IMG/VR virus record: IMGVR_UViG_3300020045_003472
Coordinates: 1-24,200 of that record
Strand: one strand, 5' to 3'
DNA: 24,200 nucleotides
Origin: a virus
Taxonomy: Duplodnaviria > Caudoviricetes
Positions 9,516-18,175 of the stretch are shown one piece after another; position 1 is the stretch's first letter, and every line of letters begins with the position of its first letter. A program made the position numbers and the translations under genes. The notes under the pieces are model-generated. The model saw only the letters and a program-made list of their open reading frames with translations. It did no database searches and was not told the DNA's origin.

Positions 9516-9686
9516 TCAATTTTCAATATGCGGCGCTTCGGTGGGGATTTTTACCGCGCTAATACTATTAATCCAGTATTCGCACTCTGAGATTGCGCCA
9601 ATTGTTGCGTTGCCATTCGCCTGGATTTGGTCTAACTTTTTCTGCAATTCGGACAGGCGTCTCTCGAGGTCTTCTTTGGTTATCAT
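9516..9686 (-). CDS. Small coiled-coil protein (56 aa; not in ORF track)
   Basis: MITKEDLERRLSELQKKLDQIQANGNATIGAISECEYWINSISAVKIPTEAPHIEN*; starts 5 nt after the upstream stop. Confidence 0.75.
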   Translation of the reverse strand: MITKEDLERRLSELQKKLDQIQANGNATIGAISECEYWINSISAVKIPTEAPHIEN

Positions 9687-9691
9687 CGCCT

Positions 9692-10531
9692 TTATGCCTT
9701 AGCCGCATAAAGCGGAATATAGCGGACGGTTGAACCAATCAAAACCTTGATCCACCCCGCGTTTGCAGTAGCGGAGATGTCGTTTAGGTCAGAGCCGTTT
9801 GTCAGGCTTGCCGGTTTTCCGTCATCTGGCAGCCAAAGCAGGTTAGTAAAACCATTTGCCGTGTTGGTCAGGTGGAGCAGCGACTTCGTTGTGCCGGATG
9901 CGTTCTCAATGTTGATAGCTGAGACATCCTGGGCGCTTACGTCGGTCACGTTGGATTGAACGGCGAGAAAAATCGCCGCAGCCACACCACCGGAGTTAAA
10001 CGTCTCTCCGTTTAACAAAAGTTTTGCGAAAACCGGAAAAATACCCGTAGCAGGCGCACCTGCCGCAGTCGTAACTGTTGCGCCTGCATCCACCTGGCAA
10101 ATAGCCTGGACAGCAAACATACTATTGGAACTCGCGCCGCTATCCATAAACGGGAAAAAACCCGCTCCCAAAACCTGGGCCACGCCATTCGTGTGTAGCT
10201 CCCGATAGTCTGTATATACCTGGGCGGGCGTAGCGCCAACAGTACCGCTGAAACTTATCCACCCGGAAGTTCTGGTTGGATTAACGCTCGCGCCACGAAT
10301 GGCGTTTGAGTTGGCAGGCAACGTCAGGCTTTCCATGTTGATAGGATGACTCGCCGGTGTTCCAGACGATAGATTAAGCGCATCAGCTGAAATCGTTTCA
10401 AAGCGCCCAACATTTTTTGACGCATCCACCGAAACGACCTTGCTCGCCTCAACTGTGCCAGCAGTAGTCGGGCCATCCGCGAGATCGGCAATAACAGCGT
10501 CGCCTTTGCGTAAAACAAAAGTTGTACCCAT
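9692..10531 (-). CDS. Putative head fibre/decoration protein
   Basis: Ala/Gly/Thr/Ser-rich, directly after the capsid gene; SD AAAAGGA; C-terminal AGWIKVLIGSTVRYIPLY motif typical of fibre-like trimeric ends. Confidence 0.6.
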   Translation of the reverse strand: MGTTFVLRKGDAVIADLADGPTTAGTVEASKVVSVDASKNVGRFETISADALNLSSGTPASHPINMESLTLPANSNAIRGASVNPTRTSGWISFSGTVGATPAQVYTDYRELHTNGVAQVLGAGFFPFMDSGASSNSMFAVQAICQVDAGATVTTAAGAPATGIFPVFAKLLLNGETFNSGGVAAAIFLAVQSNVTDVSAQDVSAINIENASGTTKSLLHLTNTANGFTNLLWLPDDGKPASLTNGSDLNDISATANAGWIKVLIGSTVRYIPLYAAKA

Positions 10532-10552
10532 TGTGTTTATCCTTTTGCCTCC

Positions 10553-10580
10553 CCGGTGTGAGCAACACTGCTCACACCGG
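10553..10580. other. Perfect 12-bp stem-loop downstream of the capsid gene
   Basis: CCGGTGTGAGCA-ACAC-TGCTCACACCGG; a second hairpin TCGGAG-N6-CTCCGA lies at 10605-10622. Confidence 0.6.
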
Positions 10581-10665
10581 ATCAGGCTATCGTATCAGGT
10601 TGATTCGGAGATTACACTCCGACGTTGCAAAAAACTTTGTTTAGGATGTGGATAAAAAGAAAATC

Positions 10666-12171
10666 CTAAATCCCAACATTATAAGTAATGGCCGAGGCCT
10701 CTACATCCCGGTAGATCATGCCGACACGAGCAGTAACGACCATCTGGTAGCTATCGGAGTTCGGGATATTTTGCAGGATCATGTTGATGTTGCGCTTCCA
10801 GCCGAAATGCCATTGATCCCAACGGACGGCCAGGATTGCGCCAGTGGTGTTGTTTGCCTGCGTGGTCAAGTCAACCTTTCCGGCAGTGTTGGCCTTGCGC
10901 GGGTTGGTGGTCGAGCGCCAGTGCATAAACCAGGACGGGATGACGCGGTAGCCCCAAATAGATGCAAACATACCGTTTTCGAGCGTGGCATTTTTGAATA
11001 CATCCTGGGTTTTGACCGACAAAATTTCCTGAACTTTCCAGAACACATTGCCGTCAACAATAAAAGCGCATTTGGCCGGATCGGCATTTTGCCCCGCGCC
11101 CCCTAAAAGTTTCACGGTGTTCAGGAAGTCGGTGTCCACCAAGCTACCAGAAGCGGAACGAGAGTTGGCTGTGTTGGTAACGAGCGCCAGTTTGCGGAAG
11201 CCGTCCAGGGTCAAAAACAAATCCTGAGACGCCCCGGTGCTGGTCGGAGTACCGCCGATATGGTTGATGTTGGTAGTCGCGCCGGTCTCAGTATCTCCAT
11301 CAATAACCAGGTGGTCAACTTGCTCCTTGAACGCAACCTGAACCTTCCGGCGCAACTCAGGAACCCACTCAATCAGGCTGTCCTCATCGAACTCGCCGGA
11401 ATACTGCGGACGAGTGCCGATTTTCGCGAATGTCAGAGTATCTTTTGCAGTCGCGACTTTGGAACTGCCAATGGTGCTGTCGGGAATGCCGGTGGTTGCG
11501 TTGTTGTCAGTTGCCTGTCCGACACGATAAAACGTCGGGTCGGCGCCCTCAACGGGAATCTGGACGGTATCGCCAGGGCCGGTATATTCTTTACCGGGAA
11601 TATTGCTCATCACTTGGGCCTCTTTGCGGATGAGTTCCCACTGTTCGGTTGAGTAGACAGTAGGAACAAACTCGTCACCATACCCCACCTGCGTGGTGTA
11701 GTTGAGTTCGTTCGCCTTTGTCGCATCGAGCGCGGCGGCAGGGTCTACCCCAATCGCCTTCAACGCTTCGCGGCCATTGCGAGCCGTTACGTCATTGCCC
11801 TCCGCGATTTTGGCGGCCAGCGCCTTCATTGCGCCAACACTCGCTCCGCTCGCGCCGGGCCTGCGAAGCGCGGCGGCATCGTTTTGCAGCTTGATGAGCA
11901 TCGCTAAGTCCGACGCGCTATAATGCTCGTACCGATTAGTGTCAGCAAAACGCGCCTGGATCGGAGCGCGGCCAAACGGTAAACGCTGACTGGCCGCTAC
12001 CTGCTGGACAAGCGGCTCAGTGGCAGCTTTCACAGCGTTGTCAATACGCGCCTGGACAGCCGCCTCAGCTTCAAGCTTCGCTTTATCTGCGGCTTGCGAT
12101 TCGGCCAGGGCTTCGGCGGCCATCGTTTTCATAGCCGCCTGAACTTCGGGGTCTTTCAAGTCAATGCTCAT
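10666..12171 (-). CDS. Probable internally initiated scaffold-major capsid protein (501 aa, in frame, from Met300)
   Basis: A-rich CAATCAAAAAGGAACAAAAATG: SD AAGGA upstream of the in-frame ATG at the linker/scaffold junction. Confidence 0.6.
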   Translation of the reverse strand: MSIDLKDPEVQAAMKTMAAEALAESQAADKAKLEAEAAVQARIDNAVKAATEPLVQQVAASQRLPFGRAPIQARFADTNRYEHYSASDLAMLIKLQNDAAALRRPGASGASVGAMKALAAKIAEGNDVTARNGREALKAIGVDPAAALDATKANELNYTTQVGYGDEFVPTVYSTEQWELIRKEAQVMSNIPGKEYTGPGDTVQIPVEGADPTFYRVGQATDNNATTGIPDSTIGSSKVATAKDTLTFAKIGTRPQYSGEFDEDSLIEWVPELRRKVQVAFKEQVDHLVIDGDTETGATTNINHIGGTPTSTGASQDLFLTLDGFRKLALVTNTANSRSASGSLVDTDFLNTVKLLGGAGQNADPAKCAFIVDGNVFWKVQEILSVKTQDVFKNATLENGMFASIWGYRVIPSWFMHWRSTTNPRKANTAGKVDLTTQANNTTGAILAVRWDQWHFGWKRNINMILQNIPNSDSYQMVVTARVGMIYRDVEASAITYNVGI

Positions 12172-13068
12172 TTTTGTTCCTTTTTGATTGTCAGTTGATG
12201 GTTGATTGTCAATCGCGCTATGCCCTGCGGCCTCTCGCGCATTATCGCCGCTATCGAGCGACGGTGTTTCTAAATCATCGGGGATGTTAATTCCTAATGC
12301 TTTTGCAGACGGCATGGCATAAGCATACGAGTTTGCTGGCCGCTTTCCCGTTTCCGTCTCAAACAAGCTTATGCCAACCAGCGGCCAATTAAGAATTTCG
12401 CCGTCTTGCGCAACTCGTACTAAGTGCGAAATACTGTCGGATGATGCACGAGCTAGTCCTTTTTGCGCAGATTGCCAAACCGCGACAGCCTCGGATATGG
12501 TCTCGTCAAGTTTCACCTTCATCCAGCGCCCGGCCTGGTCAGTCCAACGTTTTCCTGCCTCGTGACCAATTTCAACAGGGACGGGTTGCTTGACGCCCCG
12601 CGCCTTGTAACCGTGATAATAAAGCACGAGCGGGTTAGTGAATTTAGTAGCGTGTTCATTGGTGCGCGGGCTAAAGTATTGCATGTCCGCGTCCTTACCA
12701 CCATTCTGTCCGCTGTATGGCATATAGCAGACATCAAGCGTCATGTCTGAGTTGGCTTTGATTGCCAATTCAGGAGTGTTATATTCGGTGTACTCCATGT
12801 CTAGCGAGGCAGCCTTCATCGGCATAGCGTCGGGCTGGCACATTGCGCCAGCCGTAACAATCGCGTCGTGCGCAGCCTGGATATGCTTTTGGTCGGTTGC
12901 GCTATGTCGCGCCCCGGCTTTCGTAGCTTCGCTGTGCTGTTGTTTAAACATCGTCATACACATAGCAACGGCCTGCTCATTGTCACCCGCCGAACCGTCA
13001 TCCACAACCATCGGTATACAGCGTTTCATGAAATCGTCCTGCGTTTCGTTCGGTTCGGGCGTTGGCAT
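10666..13068 (-). CDS. Prohead protease-scaffold-major capsid fusion (HK97 fold)
   Basis: N-terminal MPTPEPNETQDDFMKRC domain; protease-like VLYYHG...ASSDS...WPLVGISL; Ala-rich scaffold; capsid motifs GDEFVPTVYS, EFDEDSLIE, LVIDGDT, IWGYRVI. SD AGGAG. Confidence 0.9.
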   Translation of the reverse strand: MPTPEPNETQDDFMKRCIPMVVDDGSAGDNEQAVAMCMTMFKQQHSEATKAGARHSATDQKHIQAAHDAIVTAGAMCQPDAMPMKAASLDMEYTEYNTPELAIKANSDMTLDVCYMPYSGQNGGKDADMQYFSPRTNEHATKFTNPLVLYYHGYKARGVKQPVPVEIGHEAGKRWTDQAGRWMKVKLDETISEAVAVWQSAQKGLARASSDSISHLVRVAQDGEILNWPLVGISLFETETGKRPANSYAYAMPSAKALGINIPDDLETPSLDSGDNAREAAGHSAIDNQPSTDNQKGTKMSIDLKDPEVQAAMKTMAAEALAESQAADKAKLEAEAAVQARIDNAVKAATEPLVQQVAASQRLPFGRAPIQARFADTNRYEHYSASDLAMLIKLQNDAAALRRPGASGASVGAMKALAAKIAEGNDVTARNGREALKAIGVDPAAALDATKANELNYTTQVGYGDEFVPTVYSTEQWELIRKEAQVMSNIPGKEYTGPGDTVQIPVEGADPTFYRVGQATDNNATTGIPDSTIGSSKVATAKDTLTFAKIGTRPQYSGEFDEDSLIEWVPELRRKVQVAFKEQVDHLVIDGDTETGATTNINHIGGTPTSTGASQDLFLTLDGFRKLALVTNTANSRSASGSLVDTDFLNTVKLLGGAGQNADPAKCAFIVDGNVFWKVQEILSVKTQDVFKNATLENGMFASIWGYRVIPSWFMHWRSTTNPRKANTAGKVDLTTQANNTTGAILAVRWDQWHFGWKRNINMILQNIPNSDSYQMVVTARVGMIYRDVEASAITYNVGI

Positions 13069-13088
13069 AAATAAAACTCCTAGACAAC

Positions 13089-13142
13089 AAAAAAGGCGGC
13101 GCTCCGAACAGGTACGATTAGTACCGTGTTTAGAACGCCGCC
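13089..13142 (-). terminator. Intrinsic terminator-like hairpin in the leader of the capsid gene
   Basis: GGCGGCGTTC...GGTAC-TAATC-GTACC...GAGCGCCGCC followed by TTTTTT, ending 8 nt before the SD. Confidence 0.7.
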
Positions 13143-13242
13143 CGTTGGGGCCTCTGGCATTCGGGGGTATTAAGTTTTTGGCTGGTTACATCGTGTCCAG
13201 TGAGTTATGCGAGGTCGTCAGCCCGAGCACCAGCCTGAAATC

Positions 13243-13272
13243 ATCTTACCACAAAAATACGTGCGATGTCAA
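13243..13272 (-). promoter_or_regulatory. Sigma70-type promoter for the head operon
   Basis: TTGACA-18 nt-TAAGAT with an extended -10 TGn. Confidence 0.7.
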
Positions 13273-13481
13273 GAAGATATTTTTTTGCACTCACGCATTG
13301 CATTTGCAAAAACATCGAAATTGTCCCCGGCATTTTTCGCTTCATCTGGCGAACGTGTTCGAGACGCAATAAAAATTGGCTCTTTATCATCCAGGGACGT
13401 AACATCCATCCAATGATAAGCGATCCACTCATGACGTTTTATGCGAGAAAATGGCCGCATCATAGCGTTGTTTAGTAGCAT
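13269..13481 (-). CDS. Hypothetical protein (70 aa)
   Basis: Strong SD AGGAG upstream; fills the gap between MuF and the capsid promoter. Confidence 0.7.
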   Translation of the reverse strand: MLLNNAMMRPFSRIKRHEWIAYHWMDVTSLDDKEPIFIASRTRSPDEAKNAGDNFDVFANAMRECKKISS

Positions 13482-13493
13482 CTTGTTTTTCTC

Positions 13494-14763
13494 CTACACA
13501 TTCGGTACCCCGCCGTCAGTCAACGGGTTGCGTTTTTTCTTTTTCACCTCACCAACAAAAACGCCATTTTCGGGCTCCTCGGCCACACTCTTTTCGGAAA
13601 CCTCGGAAGCTGTCCATGCAAAGTAGTCGTCGCCCAAATCCGTCATTCCATTTTTTTTCGTAGAATGCCCGCGCTGATTTTGCGGCCTTGAGTATTAACC
13701 CCTTGCCTTCGCTTTGCGCAATTTTCACAAAGTCGTGCAAAATTTTAGAACCATACCCGGTTTCACGAGTTGCCAAGTATTTTATCTCGACAAAATCCTC
13801 GAAATCTCTTCCGCCAACTTCATAACTTGCAACTCCAACAAGTTTCTTGTTTGCGTCGTGAAACATCGCGCCAGCCTGATCGTAATCCCTTACATGCACA
13901 AGCGCCGCTTCGGCTATTTCGTACCGGTCATCATCCCAAGATAATATTTCTTTTCGAGCGCTTTGGATTTTATCTCCATCATCGCTGGAAAAATCAGACG
14001 ATGAGTAACTTTCGCTGCTGCTTTCGCCGCTTCCCCCGCTTCCAAATCTCCCGTTTTCATCACGTGGCTGGTCGGGGTCGTATTTTATTCCGACCAACGA
14101 TTTCTCAGTCAACGGGTCATCTGTTGGCACAATATCGCATTGACAATGCACACCATGACATTTTAGTTCCCACGATTTCGGGTAAATCCCACGCGCTCGC
14201 AATGCTTCCCAGTCTTCTTTTTTCGCCACGACATCTTTCAGCGTCAGGCAGGTTTCACAGTGTTCTGTGTCGCCGACAATCCACTTAAATCTTTTTCCAG
14301 CGTTCGCAGTAGCTACCCTTGCGATACCTACAACTTTTGTGTATTGATTTGCCCACATCTCACCACGATTGAGCATATCATCAATCTTCTCGTTTGGCCG
14401 CGCCTCGATAATAGCAAGCGCAAAATCTCGCAGGTGGTCTAGCTCTGAATTTACTAGCACCGATATTTCGTCGGCCATTGCCTGGGTGAAATCACGTTTA
14501 GTATCCAGGCCATTCTCGGCCATGCCCTCGCGCCATGCCGCAAAAAACTGGTTACTAAGCACAGTTGTAATTTTGCCGATAAATTGCTCAACGTTTGTTT
14601 TGTCGTTGAACAAACTGCGGACGGCGGCTATTATCGTTGAGCGGTAATATTCGTAGGTTTTTATCCCCGCCGATTCGATGCGCGTCAATAAGTCGGCGGG
14701 TATCTCGATCCCGTTGACATCGCACCAAGCCAGGGTATAGAAAATCTCATCAGAGAGTGGCAT
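13494..14763 (-). CDS. MuF/SPP1 gp7-like head morphogenesis protein fused to a GNAT acetyltransferase; apparent frameshift in an A8 tract at 13651-13658
   Basis: MuF-type W...HCETC...CHGVHCQC; linker YDPDQPRDENGRFG; GNAT motifs IKYLAT..TGYGSKIL...ARAFYEK. As given it stops at 13549; removing one A gives FYEKNGM... ending at TAG 13494, abutting the next SD. Confidence 0.75.
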
Positions 14764-14950
14764 AAACAGCCACCGCAAAAGATACACAAGCCGCTAGGAA
14801 GCAAACAAAGCGCTTTGCCCTATCGTCACTCGTTTCTATATGGCGATTGATAAAAAAACCAAGCGAGAAAAAAAAGATTGAAATCAGTACCCATTCATAG
14901 GGGCTTTTCCATACCCCCGCATCGCTCAGGAGAAGAAAATATTTCATCAT
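14750..14950 (-). CDS. Small two-TM membrane protein (66 aa)
   Basis: Two hydrophobic segments (WVLISIFFFSLGFFI; FVCFLAACVSFAVAVYATL); ATGA coupling to the upstream ORF. Confidence 0.65.
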   Translation of the reverse strand: MMKYFLLLSDAGVWKSPYEWVLISIFFFSLGFFINRHIETSDDRAKRFVCFLAACVSFAVAVYATL

Positions 14951-15093
14951 TTCGCCAACACCTTTCCTGCGCACTTCGGACAAGCAATAACACTAGCTCC
15001 GTGACATCTAGCACAATCGCCCTTCTTTCCATCCTTTCCGCACCCCACCGGACATGGTATTTCTTTTTTCCCGTCACACACAGGGCATTTCAT
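14947..15093 (-). CDS. DnaJ-type Cys-rich zinc-finger microprotein (48 aa; not in ORF track)
   Basis: MKCPVCDGKKEIPCPVGCGKDGKKGDCARCHGASVIACPKCAGKVLAK*; four Cys pairs; ATGA overlaps at both ends. Confidence 0.8.
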   Translation of the reverse strand: MKCPVCDGKKEIPCPVGCGKDGKKGDCARCHGASVIACPKCAGKVLAK

Positions 15094-16619
15094 TTCGTTA
15101 CCTCCAGCGCCTTCACGGCCATGTACAGCGCATCAATTACCATCGGCTGAGACTGCAACGAGCGCCGCGCCGATGCGAATATATCCCCAATGTCTATTCC
15201 GCCACGTCGCAGATTATCGCGCACGCTATCGGCTACCAGCGCGGGGGTATTATGCGCGGTGAAGTCAATCGCCTTTTTTACACTTTTCACCGCGACCCGC
15301 TCCCACGCTTCCAATTCGCGCATGGCCGGATAGATGTCTGCTTTCTGTGATACTCGTTCTTCCACCGCGTTGATGTCTGTCAGGTTATCCGCCGTCTCTG
15401 CGGGAAGCGCTGGATTGGTGCTCTCTGCGGGGGATATGGGCTGCACTGGTTCGGGGGTTGGAGCGGAAAGCAACTTGTACATCTGCCCGCCGATCTCGGG
15501 GTCTTCATGCGGCGAGTCTCCCCATATTTTCCGGTATTCGTCTACCGTCAAAACGTTTGCGTGTTCCTTGTTTTCGCTGAGTAACAATACTCGGTCTGTT
15601 ACGCGGATGTCGTCTGGCCGGATTACAAATTCTTTCCCGTAGTATTTCCACAAAACTTTTTGAGTGAGCAGGTCGTAGAATGTCAGCAGAATCGGATATA
15701 CAACCAGGTCAATCAGCGTAGCTTTTCCGCTCCTGGCATTAGCTTCCGTTGCGGACGCAGAGAGCATAGATACCAATCCTGGCCCGACACGATTCAAGAT
15801 TTCGTCCCGGCTATTATCCCGGCCAACATAAAATTGCATATCAGACGGCGGGGAGGATGTGCTCACCCACGTTACCGCGCCCTGGCCGGTAGAGCGCAGG
15901 CGCATAATGTTGTTTTTAGACGCGGCCTTGTCTATATCCTCGCCAATCAGTTTCCAATCATCGTTGTTGATTGGGTCTGCAAATGCCAAGATGCCGGGCA
16001 GGCGGCCATTGCCTTTGTACGTGTTTTGGCTCCACTGTTGCATTGAGATGTCGTTACTAGCTGTCATCTGTATACTGGTCAAACTGCTCTCTGGTTGGAT
16101 CATGTTGAGCGGGTCATAATCGCTCATGTGTATAATTTGCTCTTTCGGTATCAATATCACCCCCCCGTCCCCAGGATCATACAGATACCCGTCAATACCT
16201 AGTGTCCCAGAAATCTTTGGCGCGATATTCGCCATTGGTATTCGCCACATTTCGATAACGCGATTATCTACAATGTTGAGCCATAGATATGCATTATTAT
16301 TCAGGACGTAATCTGCGATAAACTGTCGAATCAGAGAACGCCCTGTTTGTAACTCGTTCGGAGAAATTAGCCGCGCCGTCAATTCATGATCTGGCAGCGC
16401 CTCGTCTTCGCCAGGACGTACACGATATACCTGTTTGTCCGCCATTGCCGCAATAGCTGAGATAATATCCACGCCAATGGCAACCCACGACAGGCGCTTA
16501 TACAGCATCCCCATGCGCTGAGATAACGTTAATTCCGGCCACTCCGACGCCATTGTGCGAGCGTGGGCCAGATACCAATCAGGATATGCGCTTTTATTTT
16601 TCGCTGGATAAGTTGCCAT
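15090..16619 (-). CDS. Portal protein (HK97 family) with a C-terminal extension
   Basis: SWVAIGVDIIS, PNELQTG, LNNNAYLW, IIHM..YDP, ATEANA, LTVDEYR motifs; follows TerL. Confidence 0.92.
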   Translation of the reverse strand: MATYPAKNKSAYPDWYLAHARTMASEWPELTLSQRMGMLYKRLSWVAIGVDIISAIAAMADKQVYRVRPGEDEALPDHELTARLISPNELQTGRSLIRQFIADYVLNNNAYLWLNIVDNRVIEMWRIPMANIAPKISGTLGIDGYLYDPGDGGVILIPKEQIIHMSDYDPLNMIQPESSLTSIQMTASNDISMQQWSQNTYKGNGRLPGILAFADPINNDDWKLIGEDIDKAASKNNIMRLRSTGQGAVTWVSTSSPPSDMQFYVGRDNSRDEILNRVGPGLVSMLSASATEANARSGKATLIDLVVYPILLTFYDLLTQKVLWKYYGKEFVIRPDDIRVTDRVLLLSENKEHANVLTVDEYRKIWGDSPHEDPEIGGQMYKLLSAPTPEPVQPISPAESTNPALPAETADNLTDINAVEERVSQKADIYPAMRELEAWERVAVKSVKKAIDFTAHNTPALVADSVRDNLRRGGIDIGDIFASARRSLQSQPMVIDALYMAVKALEVTK

Positions 16620-16825
16620 TATTGCCTCACGTATACATGATAACCCTGGCCCTGCAAATGCACGCAGAGCGCAGACAAATCCTGCTCTTCTACGGATGTT
16701 CGATACCCCTGCGGCTTGTTCGGTGCGATGATGATATAAAATATTTCTTTGTTGCGAGTATAGGGCATAGAGAAACGATAGAGCCGGTAATAAAAGTGAA
16801 TGAGTGCGGATATGATTCTCTTCAT
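16619..16825 (-). CDS. Hypothetical protein (68 aa)
   Basis: Fills the gap between TerL and portal; TAATG overlap with the portal start. Confidence 0.6.
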   Translation of the reverse strand: MKRIISALIHFYYRLYRFSMPYTRNKEIFYIIIAPNKPQGYRTSVEEQDLSALCVHLQGQGYHVYVRQ

Positions 16826-16831
16826 TTTTCC

Positions 16832-18175
16832 CTATCCGTTGAATGCGTACAGGTCGCGGCCCATCGGTTTACCGTATCCCATCATACCAAGCGCCCCCGC
16901 GCTGATACTATCCGGCAAATGTTCGCCACTACCGAATACGGCTTCCACAGACGCAAATTTATGCTCCTGATAAGCGTACCTGATAAATGGATAAATTATA
17001 TCCCCGTTTTCACAGGCCGCCGCATAGTCAGATAACATTTTTGCGCGTGGACGCCCTGCCATTATAACACCCGTTGCGGGTTGGGTTAGGTATCCGCTAA
17101 CAACGTCACCTATGCCAGTACCGTCGTGGTGCGCCGGGCCTTTGTATCGCAGTAACCGCGCATCTAATTTACCCAACATTACCGGCCAATCCAGTCGCGC
17201 GGTGCGCTCCCAAGCCACGCACCGCGCTGGTTCGCAATCCACCCTAAATGTAATGATGATTGTCCAATCCTGTTTTCTGGCCCAATCCGCGCCTGTAGCA
17301 TATCGCGCGCCGGGAATAGGCGGCTCTATTTCGATGTACTCATGCGCCGCGCCCTCAAACTCGCCAAGCGAACGGTCAAACATACGCTCTACTGCTGCGG
17401 GCTGAATTGCCCGACTGGACGGGTTAGGCTCCTGGTTGTCGTATTCAGTAGCCCACATCCCTGCCGTTACTTCGTTTCTCTTCTGGTCAACATCCGACTG
17501 TTTCAGCCAGCCATGTGGCTCTAGCGTCTCTTTCCAGCACCATTCATGCACCCCCCACCCCTTTTGTTGCGCACGTTGCAAAATCTCTTGCATTGTACCA
17601 TCGCTGTATTGGCGCGTACTACTCATCACTGTTTGAGCATGTACGCCACTTTTCGACATCGGCTGTCCCATCGCGGCGTCAAGTATTGGTAAAGTCATTT
17701 CGTCTATTTCATCCAGCCGTAGCCGCTGGGGATGCGGCCCGCGCACACTTGCCTGCGACGCCATGAGCGCCTGAACTTTTGCGCCATTATTCAACCGGGT
17801 CGTAGTGGCCGCGTCTGATAATAGCATAGATCGCGGGGCTGCTTCACCGCGCCATAAATTCTGCATGTGCTCCAGTACCCGCTTGGATTGTTCCCCTGAT
17901 CCTCCCAATACATTTACGTCCGCGCCCAACGTAACAGCTTCGGTCATTGACAAGACAGCCAGTGTAAACGACTTCCCCGCAAAACCACGCGAGCCGTGCC
18001 ACACCGAAACAGGGTAGCGCCCAAAATACGCATCTGAAAAAGCCCGCCAGGGGGTTGTGTGATGGGCGCATACCTGTACATCCGGGACGCGTACCCCCCA
18101 TGCCACCTCGACAAACTCTCGTAGGGTTTCGTCGGTCAATATCGGCAGATGGTATTCGTATTCTCGTAATGTCAT
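16832..18175 (-). CDS. terL: Terminase large subunit
   Basis: Walker A-like GSRGFAGKS, Walker B LRLDEIDE, nuclease GADWARKQDWT / DGTGIG / HLPDSISA. Confidence 0.95.
   Translation of the reverse strand: MTLREYEYHLPILTDETLREFVEVAWGVRVPDVQVCAHHTTPWRAFSDAYFGRYPVSVWHGSRGFAGKSFTLAVLSMTEAVTLGADVNVLGGSGEQSKRVLEHMQNLWRGEAAPRSMLLSDAATTTRLNNGAKVQALMASQASVRGPHPQRLRLDEIDEMTLPILDAAMGQPMSKSGVHAQTVMSSTRQYSDGTMQEILQRAQQKGWGVHEWCWKETLEPHGWLKQSDVDQKRNEVTAGMWATEYDNQEPNPSSRAIQPAAVERMFDRSLGEFEGAAHEYIEIEPPIPGARYATGADWARKQDWTIIITFRVDCEPARCVAWERTARLDWPVMLGKLDARLLRYKGPAHHDGTGIGDVVSGYLTQPATGVIMAGRPRAKMLSDYAAACENGDIIYPFIRYAYQEHKFASVEAVFGSGEHLPDSISAGALGMMGYGKPMGRDLYAFNG

Noticed and set aside
10627-10680. 54-nt capsid insert as a group I intron
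   Set aside because: Far too short and lacks the catalytic core.
13215-13221. Hammerhead core-like CTGACGA / fluoride-riboswitch-like GCTGACGAC in the capsid leader
   Set aside because: No stem II plus GAAA for a hammerhead, and no 5' GGNGAUGG segment for a fluoride riboswitch.
14895-15077. 60-aa minus-strand ORF in the track
   Set aside because: Out-of-frame overlap with the better supported Cys-rich ORF 14947-15093.
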